From the NCBI GenBank assembly GCA_965178125.1, contig OZ237735.1, positions 124,001-188,000 on the forward strand: a stretch of 64,000 nucleotides of DNA, written 5' to 3'. The notes beneath the pieces are model-generated. The model saw only the letters and a program-made list of their open reading frames with translations, was not told where the DNA came from and searched no databases. This DNA comes from Bilabrum cf. latius. Its lineage: Eukaryota. This document shows, in pieces, positions 21,639-33,900 of this stretch. The stretch's first letter is position 1; each line of letters opens with the position of its first letter. The position numbers and the translations under genes are program-made.

Positions 21639-24146
21639 ATGCGAATCGGCTCATGCTCACGGATAGGCCAGAGAGCGCTGCGGATGGCGCAGTCTGACGT
21701 AGCAAGGTGCTCTCGCGGGATGAGTTCTCGAGGGGCCTCAGCCCTTCTGCCACACTCCCGGTTACAATCTTCAAGCTTGACGAGGCGGTTTGGAGCGGAA
21801 GGTGGTCTGTTCAACGGCAACCGCGCAGCTGTCAGCACTTCGCGTGCGAGCACGTCGTCACGTGCGCCCAAAGCCGTTTCCATTAGGTCAATAAGCATGA
21901 AAGCATCATCCCTCAGGAGATTAGAAAGCGTAGCAAACAGAAGCCCGGACGATGCGGACGCGCAGGCTGAGTACTTGTTCGCTTTGAACAGCGCCGGGTA
22001 CCACTCGGAAGTTGTTCGAAGGGTGCAGAGCGGTCAGTTTGCGAACAACAACGTGTCCGATCTGGAAGCAATCCGTGCTAAGGCAAGAATGGATTACAGA
22101 AGTGGCGCGAGCTCCAGCGAGTAGCAGTCTTTGGACCGCATGCACCAGGCGGCGACGGAACGCCTTTATTCCAGCGGGATGGGACGCAGGCAGTTCCAAA
22201 GCAACGAGCAGCCCCGGTCGCGACCCGAGCCCGCGTATGAGAGCAATGGTGATAGCAATGGCAGCAGTGGGGGCGCTGGCGCGGGCGGAGGCCAGACCCT
22301 GGGCACGCCAGAATCTCCTCTGCACATGCAGTTCGTGCAGAGCGGCTTCGACAGGGCCATGCGGCTGATCCAGGGGGCCGTGTCCATCGCATTTGCCTGC
22401 TTCTTGGCCTACACGCTGTACTCTGTGGGCAGCGGCCTGTCTCAGGGCAAGGGCGGGGGAGGGCTGCAGGACCTGCTTGGCGAGCGCCGCACCAAGGAGG
22501 CCAAGATCCCGGACACGAGGTTCAGCGACGTGAGGGGTGCGGAGGAGGCACGCGAGGAGCTCGAGGTGATCGTCAAGTTCCTCAAAGACCCATCCAAGTT
22601 TGCCGGGCTGGGGGCCAAGATCCCCAGGGGCGTGTTGCTGGTGGGGCCCCCGGGGACTGGAAAGACCCTGCTGGCCAGGGCCGTGGCGGGGGAAGCTGGC
22701 TGCAAGTTCTACTCGGCCAGCGGCAGCGAGTTCGAGGAGGTCTTCGTGGGCCGCGGCGCCCGCCGCGTGCGCGACCTCTTCGAGGAGGCCCGCAAGAACG
22801 CGCCGTCGATCGTGTTCATCGACGAGGTGGATGCAGTGGGGGCCAAGAGGGACCGCTTCAACGGGGGCAGCCAGCGGCAGACTCTGAACCAGATGCTGGC
22901 CAGCATGGACGGCTTCGAGAAGAGCGACAACGTGGTGGTGGTGGCGGCCACCAACGACCCGGACAGCCTGGACAGCGCCCTCGTGCGCCCCGGCCGCTTC
23001 GACACCAAGGTGCAGGTGCCTCTGCCCTCGAGGGACGGCCGCAAGGACATCCTGGAGTACTACATCGGCAAGGTCAAGGCCGCCGCCGATGTGGACGCGC
23101 AGCTCCTGTCGGCTGCCACCCCGGGCATGAGCGGCGCCCAGATCGAGGCGATGATCAACGAGGCCGCCATCCTGGCGAGCAAGCGCGGGGCCGAGGAGGT
23201 CGACCTGGAGGACATCGAGGAGGCGAGGGACAAGGTGTGGATGGGACCCGCCCTGCGGTCTCGCAAACAGACGGAGCGCACGAAGCGCATCACGGCGTAC
23301 CACGAGGCGGGACACACGCTCACCGCTCTGCTGGTCAAGCACGAGAGCCCGCTGCATAAGGTCACCATCGTGCCGAGGGGTAACGCGGGGGGCGTGACCT
23401 TCTTCTTGGAGCGGGAGGAATCGTTCATGACCCGCAAGGACATGCTCAACCAGCTGGCCGTGGCCATGGGCGGCCGTGTGGCGGAGGAGATCATCTTTGG
23501 CAGGGACGACGTGACCCAGGGAGCCATGGGTGACCTGCAGCAGGCCACCAGCCTGGCCCGCAACTACGTGAAGCGCTTCGGGCTCAGCGAGGGCCTGCTG
23601 GCGCACTACAACTCGAGCCAGCACGAGACCCGCCCTTCCTCCGCGATCGACGGCAAGATCGACGAGGAGGTGGAGAAGCTGCTGCGGGAGGCGCGCGAGA
23701 GGGTGGTGCAGCTGCTGACGACCAACCAGCCCAAGCTGGAGATGCTCGCGCAGTCGCTGCTCAAGTACGAGACTCTCACTGCGGAGGAGGTGCACATGGT
23801 CATCGGGGGGCAGGTGCTGCCCCCACCCGAGGAGCTCGTGGAGCAGCGCAAGCAGCGGCGCCTGCAGCTGATGCAGAGGGAGGCCCAGAGGCTGGCCAAG
23901 CTGGAGGACGAGCGCAACGGGGAGGCCGGCGTGACCACCAAGTCCTCCGCGGGCGGGTGGGGACTCGGGAGCGTCTTCGGGGGCGGGTCGAGCAGCAGCA
24001 AGACGAAGGAGGAAGTGGCTGCCGGGGGACAGGCGGCTGGAGGCGGATCCGACGAGCCTCCGCTGCCGGGCGCGGCGCCGGATGAGGACGAGGAAGACGA
24101 GGAGGGCGCGGCCGAGGGAAGTGGCGGGGGCAGGCGATGGGATTGA
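21639..24146 (+). CDS. YME1: Mitochondrial i-AAA metalloprotease (FtsH/YME1 family)
   Basis: ORFs 21639-22124 and 22131-24146 in frame across TAG 22122. Arg/Ser-rich presequence, one TM segment, GPPGTGKT, IVFIDEVD, RPGRFD, HEAGH; TGA stop. Confidence 0.93.
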
Positions 24147-24257
24147 TTTGTTCGTGCTGGGACCGTGAGTTGGGCTGTGCATAGGGTATCAATTTGTTGC
24201 ATCCTTTTCCTATTGCCTTTTTACAATCGCTGGCAGCCACCCAGCCGGCGGCGGCAC

Positions 24258-26273
24258 TCAAGACGAGCCCGCCGCTGCTCCTGACGAGGCGGCGTCTGGC
24301 CCTGTCTGCGGCGGCTCAGCCCCATCCGTGGCCAACTGAACGAATCGGATAAAATCGTCCCCGGCAAGCCTGCGCTAGTAGGCCTTGGCGATCGCGTGCA
24401 GGCATGCGTTGATCCCCTTGTCGAACCAGTCCCTGTCGGCCGACTCCACGAATTCGAAATCGACCGTGCGCTGGTCCGTTGTGAAACTCAGGTACCGCAC
24501 CACGTCATGTGCGCTGCCGTATCGCTGCAGTGTGCGCGTAAAGACCCCAACTAGCGTTTCCACGATCGAGAAAAGTGACAGGTCCTTGCGGCCGCCGCCG
24601 TCTCGACCAGGCAGCTGGCACCAGCAGATGCGAGGCAGGCTCGAGTCCGACAGGTCCAAGAACAGAACCTTCAGGTGTGGGCGGCCGATTCCTTGGCAGT
24701 GCTTTGTCACTCGGACCCCGTGGAGGAGCGCGGCCACGAACGGCAGCCTGCTCAGCCCCTCCTGCAGCGCCGAGGAGGACCGCTCGTCCTCGCGCCCGCC
24801 TAGTCCTGCCGGCATGGCTCCAGAGGCAAACAGCCTGTCCAGGTCCCTATCAGGGGAGGCATCCGTTTTCTCCTCATGGCGACCCCTGTCCCTTGCGGAG
24901 AGCGACAATTCCTTGGACACGGACAGGGCCGACCTCACCTTGGCCCACCGCCCAGTGGCCCGCGCCCGCCTCGCGCCCTCGCCCCTGCCCCTGCTAGTGC
25001 GCACCTCGTCCCTCACGCCGGCCTCACGCCTGCTCCACGCATCTCTCCGCTTCCCGGGAAGCCCCATGCTGCGCCTCAGAGCAGCCCTCATCCTCGCCTT
25101 GGGGTCGTCCTCTTCTTCCTCCTCGTCCCCATCGTAGTACCGGGCAGGGTCACCGGCCATACCATGCGTGCCCCATCCGGAGCCCTCAACGCCTTTCGTA
25201 CGGGACCAGCTGCTGCCCGCTCCTGCCCGGCCAGCAGCAGCACCTCCGCGTCCTGATGGTGGCAGAGGTCCCTCCGGGTCATGATACCCAACACCCATGC
25301 CGCCGGGTGTGGACAGCTATACGGACCTGGGCTGACCCCCCGTTGGGGTCACCCAGGGGTCGCTCGGGATGTATTCGGACCGTCGGTGAGACGCAATCAC
25401 CCCGGAATCGAAATGGCCCCTGGGAGTCCGCGGCTGCGTCCTGTCAAAGACCCCGCCCGGGCCGTCCATCCTCCCGACGGAGGAAGAAGGCGGCCCTTCC
25501 AACGGGTGTTCACAAGCCACGGGAGACTGACTCGACTTGTGTGTGCTGTTCCAGCCACCAACAAAACCACCAAAGCCAGAAGGTGAACTCAAACCCGCAG
25601 TCGCACCCACACCAGCAGAAGCACCAGCAGAAGCAGAACGGCCCGTAGGCGCAGTGAGAGGGCCCCTCCCGACCTCGGCTCCCTCGGGGGCCCGCCTCAG
25701 CTGCGCAAGGGTGATTGTGCCTGCGCGCGAGGAAGGTCTAGAGCGATTCCTTTGCTATCCTTGCGCCGCCAAGGCTCGCTCGGGCGCGTCGCTAAAGCCG
25801 AAGGCTGCGGCCTTTTCCTGCATCGCCCGGCGGCGGAGCAAGGCGTGCGCTTCAGAGGCAGACGCGGCCAGCTTCCTATGCTGCTCTGCTTCCATCGCTT
25901 GTCTAGTCAGGGTTTCCTTCTCTGTCTGCAAACGAGCGATGATCAGTGATTGGCGCATCAACACCTCTTCGATTCCCGAAGCCTGCCCTGGGTTTAGGTG
26001 CAGCGAGGCCGATGTCGGCTATGCTCCCCAGCCGTCCAGACTTGGGGACCTTATGCTGCTAGAATCACCCATGGTTCTATATTTATGGTCGGATGAGTGA
26101 TGTTGAGAGCCTTGGAGGCGCTGACTCAGCTCTAGAATCTGCCTTCGCTGCTCCTGCAGGTCGACAGCCTTCGGGCTCTATTCTCCTGTCGGAGATCCTG
26201 GACTCCGCTGCTCAACCAGCCTGATCTGTGAATGAATGTGACGTAAATTAGCTGGCGATGCAACCCTACTCAT
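24258..26273 (-). CDS. Protein with N-terminal coiled coil and C-terminal PH domain (PLC/Mcp5-like PH)
   Basis: Four track ORFs share one frame, linked by TAG (26178, 26019, 25755, 25317, 24375), ending TGA at 24258. C-terminus LLHGVRVTKH...RPHLKVLFL...ICW...LSFTTDQRTVDFEFVESADRDWF is PH-like. Start 26273 or 26333. Confidence 0.7.
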
Positions 26274-26438
26274 GATTGTGGAACTACTGCTGGAGTCTTG
26301 GGGAGACGAGCACCCCGATGCCGAACGGATCATCACGGCGCCGCGCACACAATTGTTCCGCAAGACAGCGGCAATCGACGGAGAACCGAAGAGGCTCTGG
26401 GTACTGTACTGACTCAAAGAGCCGTTGGATCGTCAACA

Positions 26439-27728
26439 ATGCCGTTTGGCAACTCTTATGTTCTAATTGGTATCGCGGTTGCTGCTGCTGCGGCTGCAGT
26501 TGTGGTATACTACCAAATGCAATCCGTGAGAAATGTGCTAAATTGCTCGCACAGGTCTTTGTGCTCGGTACGCTCAAACAGGACGACGTATAGTAACCGT
26601 GTCGACCAAATCGAATAATCTATCTTGCAGCAGAAGGAGGAGCCAGAAATGGGCGCGATTGAGGCGCCCAAGGCTTCCGCAAAGACAGACAGCAAGCAGC
26701 CAGCAAGTAGCTCTAGTAGGGCCAAAAAGGAAGCTGTAGCCAGTGCAAGCGAAGCCTAGTCATCTAATTCTAGTAATGAACCATCTACGTCCGGTGTGGC
26801 TGAGTCTGTTGCACCAAGCTTGGTCGAGAGCGTGGATGTCCCTCCCGTTGCCGCGAAGGAAGCTTCGTCTGGAGCTGGTGCAAGCGATGCCGTGACTGCA
26901 AGCACCGCAGTCGTGGGGGTTGACCTCGCCGATGATGAGGAAGAAGAAGACGAAAGGGATGCACCCGCCGCCGATGTGGAGGCGGTGTCCCGCGACGAGC
27001 TGCTTGCCGTGATGTCCGAGCTGCGAGACGCCATGAAGGCCAAGATCGGTGAGCTGAAGCAGGCCGTGGAGGACGGATTGCTGGCGGAGGAGTAGTGCGC
27101 GGAGGAGATCGAAAAGGCCGGGTAGGAGACCCAGCGTGAGGTGTGTGGGGCGCACGGCTTCGACCAGGAGGCCATCAGCAAGGCCATCGAGAAGCACGAG
27201 CGCGACCCGGAGGTCAAGAAGGTGCTCCGCTCCATGCGCGACCAGCTCATGCCCGAGGAGGCCTCCAGGGTGCTCGGTCAGATCGACGACCTCCTGGGAG
27301 CAGAGCAGGTCGTGCCTGAGGACATGACCGTGGACAAGCTAGTAAGGCTCATCCGGCAGAACACGGAGATCTCGGTGCGCATCATGCAGGAGCAGGCGGA
27401 CAAGGTGCTCAAGGATAACAGCCCCAGCCCCGACACGGTGCAGAAATTCGCGCAGTCCACGCTGCAGCGGGCCCCCCAGAGCACGAAGGAGACCTTCGAG
27501 GAGATGGGCATCAAGGCGGGGCACTTCGCCGCGTCCATGATGAGGTTCCAGGGAGAGCCCAAGGTGCAGGAGGCGGAGCAATCGGCTAGGATGAGTCTGC
27601 TGCTCGTGCAGCAGCAGATTCAGATGCGCCTCGGCGGACCAGAGTTCGCGCAGAGGCTCCAGCAGATGCAGCAGATGCAGATGATGGCACAGATGCAATA
27701 GCAGCAGGCTGCTGGGGGAGGCATGTGA
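26439..27728 (+). CDS. Uncharacterised protein with N-terminal signal anchor and helical, Gln-rich C-terminus; intron 26526-26630
   Basis: MPFGNSYVLIGIAVAAAAAAVVVYYQMQS, a GTGAG..TTGCAG intron, then one frame with TAG at 26757, 27093, 27123 and 27699 (inside QMQ*QQ) to TGA 27726-27728; strong GC3 codon bias. Confidence 0.75.
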
Positions 27729-27947
27729 TTTATCTATGTCTGATTGTTTGTACAGGCTACACTGTTCTCGCATACTGTGTTGAAATCAACCTCGAGGGCC
27801 CCCCCGGGCGACCGGCGGCGCAAGACCCTCGAGCCTCGAAATCCTTTGTAGCGTCACGGTGTTGAAAACCGGCGGTGCAGTTCAACACCCACCATCCTCC
27901 TAAAAAGCACTTCGATCTCCCTTAGCAGGGAGCCGCGAACCGCTGAT

Positions 27948-30900
27948 ATGCGACGCAGCGTGCTATGTGTACTACTTGCATCTACTACGGCCATGATGCG
28001 CGTGTGTGCAGCTGGAATTGACAGGCTCAGCGCTGTGCTGCAGCATGATCTCCCCGCTCCAACCGAAGTTGGCGTCCACGGCAGGCGCTACCTGCACAAT
28101 GTCGACGTCCAAGACGAGCTTGGTGGCAGAGTTTAGTTTGGATATGACGCAACTGTGCACCATCATGTCGAGGTTCTGGATGAGTGGCCGAGTCTGGACC
28201 GTGTGGTGTGCGACGAGGCGGACGGATCGCTGCGTCTCGAAGGAGCGAGCGTCAGAGAGCTCAAGGGCCGCCTCTTTCCTGGGAGCATTGTCGTTGGGTC
28301 CGAAACATGGAAGTGCAAGTCATCAAAGAATCGGGTCGCCCCATTCTACCGAGAGGTGCTCCAAGTTGGCAGCCATCAGCTGCTACCCGACGGCACCTTG
28401 GCTCTCGAGGTCTCCACGGCTCCCTCGTCCTTTGAGGCGTGCTTCTCGAGCATATCTACACACATGTCACGCACTCCCGGTGTGATAGAGCGTGAGTTTG
28501 TTGCCAAGTCCCCCTGATTCCATGTTTGGTCATCCCAGACCCACCGTTCTCCCCAACGGACCGGATGCTTGTTCACCCTCCCGCAGGTGAGGTCCAAGCC
28601 ACAATTTCGGAACTTTAGCGCGGGATTTACTTGAACGATACTTCAATTAGTCGACAGGCAGCAAGAAAGCTTCAAGAACTGGGGCGACGGAGGCTTATGT
28701 GGGGCTGGGTGTCGGACGCTGCTTCGGCGGTCAGCTCGGCTGCAAACGCCGTAGGCTCTGCCGTATCCTCTGCGGCGTCCGCGGTGGCCAGCGGGTTCTC
28801 CTGGGAATGGGGTGACACCCAATTCTACGAGCGCTCTCTGCTGAAGTGGAACTACGACTCGTACTCGAGGAAGCCGACGCCAAAGACGGTCGATCTTCTC
28901 GGAAGAGACATTCAGTGCAAGGATTGCTATGGGTATGTGGGCGCGAATGTCAAGTTCATCTTAAAGATGGACTGGTGGAACCTACAGGAGTTCGAGGGTG
29001 AGCTGATCCTGCCTCGCTTCGCATGTTGCCCAGCTTCGCGCAACCCCGCCGCCGTCGTCCAACCAACCAACCCGCCTCGCTTCGGCCATCCATTCACCTT
29101 TTTCGTCCGCCATCGCAGTGTCCGCGTACGCCGGTGTGGTCCTGGGAGTTGATATCACGGTGGTTGCCACGGAAGAGCTCGTGAACCGCTTCCAGACCAC
29201 CAAGGTGCAGCCGCAGACGGACTACCCCGACATCAAGTTCTCCATCTCTGGCGTCCCCGTGACCATCGAGGTCTCGGGGAAAGCAGACATGAAGGTGCAG
29301 GCAGATGGAGCCGAGAACGTCCGGATCGTCGGCCCTGGATTCTGGATCGACAACTCCATCACGGCCGGCGTGGCCTACGACAAGTCGTCCGGGTGGCGAC
29401 TCATCAAGGAGAGGACCGCGGAGATGGACTCGAGGAAGCCCGGGCTGGACGTTGCCGGAGACGCGAGCTTCCGGGCCACGCTGATGATCGAGGCGACCTT
29501 TTCGCTGTGGGGCAGCTGGGACATCGCGGTGGGCGTGCACCCCTGGCTGCAGCTCGACCTCAGGCCGGACAGGTGCCCTGGGGACAGCACTGAGATCTCA
29601 CTGTCGCTGGGATGCGACGGGCAGCTCACCATCGGCAATCCATCCATCCAGCTCTCCCTCCCCCGGCAGTGCATCTCCAGTGCATGCCTGGGGCCCTACT
29701 CCACCGTGCTCGAGCTGCCAAGCGGCGGGTTGTTGCCCAAGACCTACGACTTCAACATCAAGACCGGCCAGAAACTCGCTGGCCAGGGCCTCAGCGGCTG
29801 CGTGCCCAGCCGCTCCTCCCCGGGGTCGAGCGCAGGATACGGGTCCAGCTCGTCTGCCTCCTCCGCCTCGACTTCGTCTAGCTCCAGCAGCAGCAGCAGC
29901 TACCAAGACGACGACTACGACGACGACGACTACACATCATGGAACGACGATACCGACGACGACACCAGCAGCAGCTGGTTCGGAGGAGGTGACGACGGTG
30001 ATGACGAAAGCGACGACTGGTGGTGGCGGCGCAGGCTGACCTCCTCCGACTCGGCTGCCAGCTCGACTCTGGTCGGCGAAGCTCCTGCCCGCCGCAGGCG
30101 CACTGACACTCCACCGGCACCCCAGCCCGCGATTTGCGGAGCCAACGGGTGCGTCCTGCAGCTCAGCGAGTGGTCGGCGTGCAGCGCGGCGTGCGGCAAA
30201 GCGCAGCAGACCAGGCAGGCCCTCTGCCGGACGAACGGTGGAACAGGGCTCGCGGTTGCGTCATCCTTGTGCCGGTATAACGCCACAACCGGGGAGGAGG
30301 TGCCTGCCCCCGAGCTGTCCCGCGACTGCTCCAGCAGCTGCCTCAACCTGGCCCCCAACGGCGATACCCCCTTTGCCGATTTCAGCGACAGGGCAAAGCG
30401 CAGGGAGCTCCGACACGTGCTATTCCCTGGGACGGGCCACGGAGTGCAATTGAACGGGACAAACCGGTACCGCGGCTGCTTCTTGTTGCAGGAAGGAGAC
30501 AACGCGGTGGACACCATGCTGGACAAGACGAGCGGCAACAGCATGATGATGCTGCAGCTGTACGGCAGCGGGGAGGACCTTGCGGCCCCCACGGGGCTGC
30601 GGTCTCTGTTTGCTGGGAGCAGGTCCTTCGACTCTCAGCTGAGCGCCATCATGACCCAGGAAAGCGACAGGCTCTCTCCCAGCAGCAGGGTCTACGTCTT
30701 CGCCCGCCACACGGACCCGGAAGCCCAGGTGAACTTCAGGGTGGAGGCGACGTCCTTCACCCTGCTGGCCCCGGGCATGGCCGCCCAGGTGGTGACCAAG
30801 CCGTTCGACCAGCAGCTCGGGGCCCAGCCCGCGCCCTGGCCCCAGGGCTTCGAGGAGAGCGAACTCCCGTTCAGCGTCGGGCTGTGCGCGGACGTTGACT

Positions 30901-33900
30901 TCGCCAAGCCCTGGCTGTATGACGGAACCCTTGAGCAGCTTGGATACGACTCGGACACGCTCAACGCGTCTGCCCGCACGGCGGCTCGACTGGACACTGG
31001 CGCCCGGGAGACCCTCAACTACACCCAGATCTAGGCGTATGCCGAAGGTTCCCCCACGTCTTTGGCCGGTTCGACTGCATCCCAGCGGAGGTACTTCATG
31101 CTGCAATCCGCGGGGGACACCTCCGGGGTGCTCTTCTTCGCCGCTCAGGCATCCCTCGTCTACGGGGACACTTCGGATCTCGGAAACGCGGCGCCTGGGG
31201 CCAGCGAGACGAACGGCACGAACGGCCTTCAGTTTGACCTGCAGTGCGGGTGGAAGGACGAGGACGGGTGGCCCAGCGACGAGTCGCCCGGCCGTTGGGC
31301 CGCCACCGCTGCCCCGGAAGAGGCGCCCGGGGTGCTCAGCCTCCTCATCGCGGGGAGTGATTACAGGCCGGGATCGTACGCGTGCTCCTCGAGCGTGCTG
31401 GGCATGGGGTTTGCCCTGGGCGTGATGGGCATCGAGATCACGGACCTGGGGCCGGGACAGACGATCAAGCAAACGGCACCCGCCCTGGGGTACCGCATGT
31501 TCCGCGCACGCGTGTCCTCCACTGCATCCGCTGCCCGCATCGCTCTGCACTCCATCGTGGGGGATGCCGACCTGTTCGTGCACCGGCGACAATTTATCAC
31601 GTTCCCCCGTCAGGACCATATTTGGTTTAGTAAAGAGTCAGCGGGCGAACTGGACGAAGTCATCGTCTCCAGCCTGGACACGTACTACAGCGAGGAGCTC
31701 TGGATCGGAGTGTACGCCTATTCCAGCGCCGAGTTCGAGATCTCGCTGCAGGCCTACGAGCGTCTTGAGCAGGGAGACACGGTTTCCCGCGCGCTGCAGT
31801 CGGAGGGCTACAACTATTTCGTGGGCGCCGACGAGTCGCAGCAGGCGGCGGCGGCGGCCTCTGGAGCGTCCGAGGCGGCCGAGTCCTCGTTCAACCTCAG
31901 GGTGCGATCCCCGGTGGACGCGCCCACCACCATGGGGCTGTACGCAGGAGCCAGCGATGCGTTCTTCCCCGTGGTGAAGCAGGGCTTCGCGGGCATTGCG
32001 GTGGAAGGCATCGAGCCCGGGCAGGTGGCCGCGGCAGAGCGCCCCTACCTCGCCGGCTCCTCTGTGGCCCGTCAGATGATCGTGGCCACCAGGTCGGACT
32101 TCCACGACTCATCTCGGCCTGGGGATCAGGCCGCCCAGCAGGGCACCAGCACGGCGGACTTGGGCTCGCCGGAGGACGGCACTACTCGGAGGCAGCTGTC
32201 TGAGGCCGCAGGGGAATCTAGTGCTCGCCTCCTGCAGCAGGCGCCCTCTCCGTTGCAGGACGCTGAGGGGCATTATTTCGAGGAGACTGACCTCATGTTC
32301 CGGCGGTCCACCCGAGGGGGAGGGCTGCAGGTCTCGTACCCCGAGATCCACTGGGCGCCGCTCATGGGTGAAGCGACCTCGCCAGACTAGCAGGGCAGGC
32401 GCAGGACCGACGCTGAAGCAGTCAGCGCTAACCCACACTAGGCCGGTGAAGCGCTCGTGACCGCCGTGACGAGAACGATGAAAGCCCTCCACAAGCACGC
32501 TACCCAGGCAGAAGCTGGGACCGGCAGGGAACTGATGCCCACGGACGCGGGGCTGCGCGTGCGTGCCGTGCACCATGCCGACTCGCGGCATGGGCATCTC
32601 TCCCAGCCCGACGCCTCGGCTCTGCACCCGATCGCACTAGCGGGGCGCCGTCTGAGCGGCCCGTCGGGGGACGGTTCGGCCGATGCGGATAACTCGTGGC
32701 GCTTTGACGTGCCTCTCGACAGATTCATGTCGGGGCGGTGGCAGCGAGTGGTCGACTGCTCCGTGTCGATCGGCGATTTCGTGGCCCGCGGTTGCGGGGC
32801 AGTGCGGGCGGGTGCCTCCGACACGACACACCTGAGGCTGGTGCTGCCAGCAAGGTCCGACATGCTCGTGAGCGTGGCTTCCATGACGCAGGCCGGTGAG
32901 CCATCGGACGCCGCCTACAAGGTGCGGGTCCGCGCCTTGGAACCACCCGCCCCGGGGATGGCAGACGAAGAGGTGACATCCTCCACGCAGACGTTCAGCG
33001 TGCCCAACTGTGCCTACCAGCCGCAGGAGCTGTATATCGCCGTGGAGGGACAGAACCAGCCGGGTGACAGCGATGCCGGAAACTCGGGCATCCACTTCGA
33101 GGTGCTGCTGTCAGGTACCCTGTCGGTGGGTGGGATTTGTGACTCGTACGAGTGGGCCTCGACCGCCTGGCGCCCTTGCGACGTTGAGTGCGGGGAGGGC
33201 ACTCAGCGCAGGGCCGTGTGGTGCCAGACCAAGGGCGGGACTGTGGTGGACTCGAGGCTGTGCAACCAGGCCCTCAAGCCCGCTGAAGAGGAGGCTTGCG
33301 ACGTCGGTGCGTGCGAGTGGTCCCAGACTGGCTGGGGCGCGTGCTCTGAGCCGTGCGGCGGGGGGTCGCAGAGCCGCCTGCTCGAGTGCCGGAACCAAGG
33401 AGGCACTGGGCGGCTGGTGCTTGATGCACATTGCACCGATCCGCCTGAGGCTACGAGAGAATGCAACACGCAGGAGTGCCCCGCCCGGTTCTGGTACACT
33501 GGCGAGTGGCGCGCGTGCAGCAGGCAGTGCGGTCGAGGCACACGCAGCCGCGAAGTGGCGTGCGGGCAGCGGGGGCCCTGCACGTTCGAGACCGAAGACG
33601 GCCGCATCGAGCTGTGCGCCGAGCAGAGGAGCCAGCTGTGGCACGTGGTGGACGAGGGCCTCTGCGACAGGAGGAGGAAGCCTGCCGTGGAGGAGGCGTG
33701 CGGCATGGAAAAGTGCAGGGAACTGCAGTACGACCTCACGTACTTTGACGCCGAGGTGCTGACGAGCGGCACACCCGCCGAGGTGCTGCTGGCCCCAGGC
33801 CAGAACGCCTTCTTCTCTTTCGAGCGGCCCAGTGCAGCCACCAAGGGCATCTGCCTGGTGGCGCAGAGCTTCGAGCCCACGGGCCGGCGGTGCTCCGTGG

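Noticed and set aside
21921-24182. Long antisense ORFs (753 aa opposite YME1; also 55143-57281, 37228-38868, 5944-7131, 43771-45267)
   Set aside because: Shadow ORFs expected from GC-rich codon bias on the coding strand; no recognisable motifs.
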